From positions 1-49,676 of the forward strand of contig CAZVLY010000003.1 of the NCBI GenBank assembly GCA_964628175.1: DNA of 49,676 nt, in the 5' to 3' direction. Within the stretch, counting starts at the first letter, position 1; each line of letters begins with the position of its first letter. Made by a program: the position numbers and the translations under genes. Below the pieces are notes generated by a model that saw nothing but the letters and a program-made list of their open reading frames with translations, had not been told where the DNA came from and did no database searches. The DNA is from an uncultured Piscinibacter sp. GTDB taxonomy: Bacteria; Pseudomonadota; Gammaproteobacteria; Burkholderiales; Burkholderiaceae_C. This document shows, in pieces, positions 46,793 to 49,676 of the stretch.

Positions 46793-47878
46793 TCAGTTCG
46801 ATTCCTTGATCAGCCGACCCGAAGCCGACTGGATCGGCCGCGCGTTCATCGGGTACAGGCGCGAGAAGATCGCGATCTGCTCCGGCGAGATCGGCACCGG
46901 CTGCTTCATCACCATCCACAGCACGCCTTCGCTGCAGGGCGGCGTGGTCAGCGAGCCCATGTAGGTGAAGTAGCTGCGCTCCGGCGGCAGCAGCGCGTTG
47001 AGGTCGAGCGCACCCTTGGCCGGCACCTCGTCGCCCTTCTCGAGCGGCAGGTTGTTCCACACCGTCTGCACGATCGGTTGCGCGCTGCCGCGGTCCAGCA
47101 GCACGGCGACGACGGCCAGGCGGCCCTCGGCATCCTTGTGCACGAGGTGCGCCACCATGTCGAACTGCTTGCCGTCGATCCGCTCTTCGGACGGGCGGTG
47201 GAAGTGGAACTGCAGCAGGTCGTAGCGCCGCCCCATCACCTCGATCGAATTGCCGGCGGCCACGTTGACCTGCACCGTGTGGCCGTTGTCGATGACGCGA
47301 AAGCCGCTGGGCCGATAGTCGAACTGCACCGGGTCGAGCTGCACCTTGATGCCCTCGCGGATGTCGATCGGGCTTTGCCGCGTGCCGGTGGAGCACTTGG
47401 CGAACTCCGGCTTCATGGCGCCCCAGCCGGCCGGGCCGCCGGCGCCTTCGTAGCTCCAGTGCGCGGCGTGGCCGGCCTGCGCTTCGTGCGATGGGGCGGC
47501 ACGCGGCTTGGGCGCCGCAGGCCGGGCGGCATGGGCCGCAGCGACGGCGGCCGGGGCGTGCTCGGGCTCGGCGCTCGCCCGCGCGGCCACTCGCACCACG
47601 TTCGGGTTGCTCGGAGCCGCCTTGGTCGCGCCGAGCTTCTCGGCCAGGCGCTCGCGCAGCTTGTCCATCGGGTCCTGCGGCGATTCGGCACGCACCACGG
47701 GTTTGGCCGGCTTGCCGTCTGCGGCCGACGCGACGGCGGCTTCGGGCGCGGCCTTCTTCGCCGCGGCCGGCTTGGCGTCGTGGCCATGGCTGTCGGCGGG
47801 CAGCGCCGGCAGGCTGGCGCCGGCGCAGAACATCGCGGCGATCAGGGGCGCCAGGTGCGGGGTGCGGATCTTGGGCAT
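46793..47878 (-). CDS. Periplasmic alpha-class carbonic anhydrase with long N-terminal extension
   Basis: HWSYEG, QSPIDI, QFHFH, HLVH, GSLTTPPCSEGV, NARPIQ; signal-like N-terminus; GGAG RBS. Confidence 0.92.
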   Translation of the reverse strand: MPKIRTPHLAPLIAAMFCAGASLPALPADSHGHDAKPAAAKKAAPEAAVASAADGKPAKPVVRAESPQDPMDKLRERLAEKLGATKAAPSNPNVVRVAARASAEPEHAPAAVAAAHAARPAAPKPRAAPSHEAQAGHAAHWSYEGAGGPAGWGAMKPEFAKCSTGTRQSPIDIREGIKVQLDPVQFDYRPSGFRVIDNGHTVQVNVAAGNSIEVMGRRYDLLQFHFHRPSEERIDGKQFDMVAHLVHKDAEGRLAVVAVLLDRGSAQPIVQTVWNNLPLEKGDEVPAKGALDLNALLPPERSYFTYMGSLTTPPCSEGVLWMVMKQPVPISPEQIAIFSRLYPMNARPIQSASGRLIKESN

Positions 47879-47963
47879 GACAACGGACTCCTCGGGCGCC
47901 ACGAAGGCGCGGGGCATCGTTGTCTTATCGGCTGCCGCTGCCGGTGCTTGAGGGCGGTGCCGT

Positions 47964-49169
47964 TCAGCTCACGTGCGGCTTGACCCAGATCCAGGCCACC
48001 ACGCCGATGCTCATCATCAGCAGCGAGGCCACCGCCAGCGACACCGTGGAATGCATCACCAGCGGGGCGATCACGCCGGCCACCAGGCCGTTGGCCAGGC
48101 TGCCCACGCAGGCCTGCAGCGAGCTGGCCATGCCGCGCCGGTCGGGCGCGAGATCGAGCACCATCAGCGTGACCACCGGCACCATCAGCGCCCAGCCGAA
48201 GGCGAAGATGGCGATCGGCCACAGCGCCCACCAGGCCTGCGGCTCGAAAAGCAGGTTGAGCGCCAGGTTGATCAGCGAGATCGCCACCATGATCACGAAG
48301 CCGTGGCGGATCTGGTGCTTGGGCTTGATGCGCCCGGCCAGCCGACCCGAAAGGAACGAGCCGGCCATGATGCCGGCGATGGTCAGCGTGAAGAACCAGA
48401 AGAACTGCCCCGGCCCGAGGTGCAGCAGTTCGCCGAGGAACACCGGCGCCGACAGCACGTAGAGGAACATGCCGTTGAAGGGGATGCCGCTGGCCAGCGC
48501 GAGCATGAAGAAGCGCGGGTTCGAGACCAGCTGCCAGTAGCCGCGCAGCAGGTGGCGGGCGTTGAAGGGCTGGCGCTGCGAGTCGTGCAGCGTCTCGGGC
48601 AGCAGCTTCCAGTTGGCCGACCACAGCAGCACGCCCACGCCGGTGAGGAACCAGAAGATGGCGTGCCAGTTCACGTGCACGAACAGGAAGCCGCCGACCA
48701 TCGGCGCGACGGCCGGCGCCACGCCGAAGTAGATCGTCACCTGCGACATGACGCGCTGCGCGTCGGCCGGCGGAAACATGTCGCGGATCACCGCGCGCGA
48801 CACCACGATGCCCGCGCCCGCCGACATGCCCTGCACCGCGCGCCAGAACACCAGCGTGCCGATGTGCTGCGACAGCGCGCAGCCGGCCGAGGCGACGGTG
48901 AAGGCGGCGATGCCCCACAGCACCACCGGCCGGCGGCCGAAGCTGTCGGACAGCGCGCCGTGGAACAGGTTCATCACCGCGAAGCCGAACAGGTAGGCCG
49001 AGAGCGTCTGCTGCATCTCGGTGGGCGTGGCGCCGATCGACTGCGCGATGCCGGAGAAGGCCGGCAGGTAGGTGTCGATCGAGAACGGCCCGAGCATGCC
49101 CAGGCAGGCCAGCAGCAGGGCCAACGCCCAGCGCGGGGCGCGCCAGAGGGTGTGCGCGTCGGGGTTCAT
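47964..49169 (-). CDS. Bcr/CflA family multidrug MFS transporter
   Basis: PFSIDTYLPAF, GALSDSFGRRPV, SRAVIRD, APAVAP..GG, LPETL. Confidence 0.93.
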   Translation of the reverse strand: MNPDAHTLWRAPRWALALLLACLGMLGPFSIDTYLPAFSGIAQSIGATPTEMQQTLSAYLFGFAVMNLFHGALSDSFGRRPVVLWGIAAFTVASAGCALSQHIGTLVFWRAVQGMSAGAGIVVSRAVIRDMFPPADAQRVMSQVTIYFGVAPAVAPMVGGFLFVHVNWHAIFWFLTGVGVLLWSANWKLLPETLHDSQRQPFNARHLLRGYWQLVSNPRFFMLALASGIPFNGMFLYVLSAPVFLGELLHLGPGQFFWFFTLTIAGIMAGSFLSGRLAGRIKPKHQIRHGFVIMVAISLINLALNLLFEPQAWWALWPIAIFAFGWALMVPVVTLMVLDLAPDRRGMASSLQACVGSLANGLVAGVIAPLVMHSTVSLAVASLLMMSIGVVAWIWVKPHVS

Positions 49170-49187
49170 GATCGGCTCGTGAAAAGT

Positions 49188-49535
49188 GTGAAGCGGGCCG
49201 ATAGGCCGGATTCTGTGCGGCGGGATGCCCCTTGCGAGGCGCCCCGCCGTGACCGCCATTCCTCTGGGCCGCGCATCACTGCGCGGCTCGGTGCCACCTA
49301 CCCGCACACTCCTCGGGCCGAATCATCGTGTGCCTATTCGGTGTTGCTGCGCGTAGAGATTGCCCGTTTCACCCGGTGCGCCCACCTTGCGATGAACGCA
49401 CCGACTCGTCTCTGTTGCTCTGATCCTCGGCTCGCGCCGGACAGCCGTTAGCTGCTACGCCGCCCTGTGCAGTCCGGACCTTCCTCCCGTGCAACCTTTC
49501 GGATCCTGCACCGGCGGCGGTCTGGCCCGCTTCAC
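49188..49535 (-). ncRNA. rnpB: RNase P RNA, bacterial type A
   Basis: GAGGAAGGTCCGG near the 5' end, GGTGAAACGG, ACAGAATCCGGCCTAT near the 3' end; P1 pairing GTGAAGCGGGCC/GGCCCGCTTCAC; ~350 nt. Confidence 0.95.
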
Positions 49536-49543
49536 GCAGGGGA

Positions 49544-49676
49544 TTATCCCCGCGCGGCGCGAAACACGTCGGCGTCGTCGTAGAAGCCCGCGCTTTCGTT
49601 GGCCGGCCACCAGCCGGGCACGCCGAGCGCGGGCAGCGGCAGGAAGGGTTTGTCGCGCCACGCGGCGGCGGTGACG
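49544..49676 (-). CDS. 3' end of a DUF3025-like protein (truncated by the window edge)
   Basis: KPFLPLPALGVPGWWPANESAGFYDDADVFR*. Confidence 0.75.
   Translation of the reverse strand, partial: VTAAAWRDKPFLPLPALGVPGWWPANESAGFYDDADVFRAARG

Noticed and set aside
49170-49307. Upstream extension of the MFS ORF and ORFs 49455-49661 / 49489-49674
   Set aside because: They overlap RNase P RNA or the DUF3025 frame; the real MFS start is most likely 49169.

Overview
A GC-rich (~70% by eye) betaproteobacterial window, probably Burkholderiales (inferred from gene style and the DUF3025-rnpB context). It has three parts. (1) About 1-33 kb is a coherent stress/dormancy-type island. It encodes a sigma-54 (rpoN) gene outside its usual context next to an NtrC-type activator, two soluble histidine kinases, a lone receiver and a Crp/Fnr regulator. 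Its cargo is Ku + LigD (NHEJ), OsmC, two hemerythrin-like proteins, GlsB/YeaQ, a galactofuranose-glycan module (glf, two glycosyltransferases, GH2, a GH/RmlD fusion, galE), a YqcI/YcgG + DUF1989 + GNAT + ATP-grasp cluster and many small unknown proteins. Reading the intergenic DNA by eye shows 11 good sigma-54 -24/-12 promoters, including upstream of rpoN itself and of the Crp gene. It also shows about 8 copies of a palindrome TGTNCG-N4-CGNACA. Together these suggest a self-contained sigma-54/Crp-driven general stress regulon. (2) About 33-46 kb is a patchwork of small redox/xenobiotic modules (two MerR units with 19-bp-spacer promoters, MocR, MATE, cupins) containing several gene remnants. 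(3) About 46-49.7 kb looks like core genome: NnrU, alpha-carbonic anhydrase, a Bcr/CflA MFS transporter, RNase P RNA and the 3' end of a DUF3025 gene. No CRISPR array, tRNA, rRNA or transposase was recognised. All calls come from manual motif recognition, without database searches.
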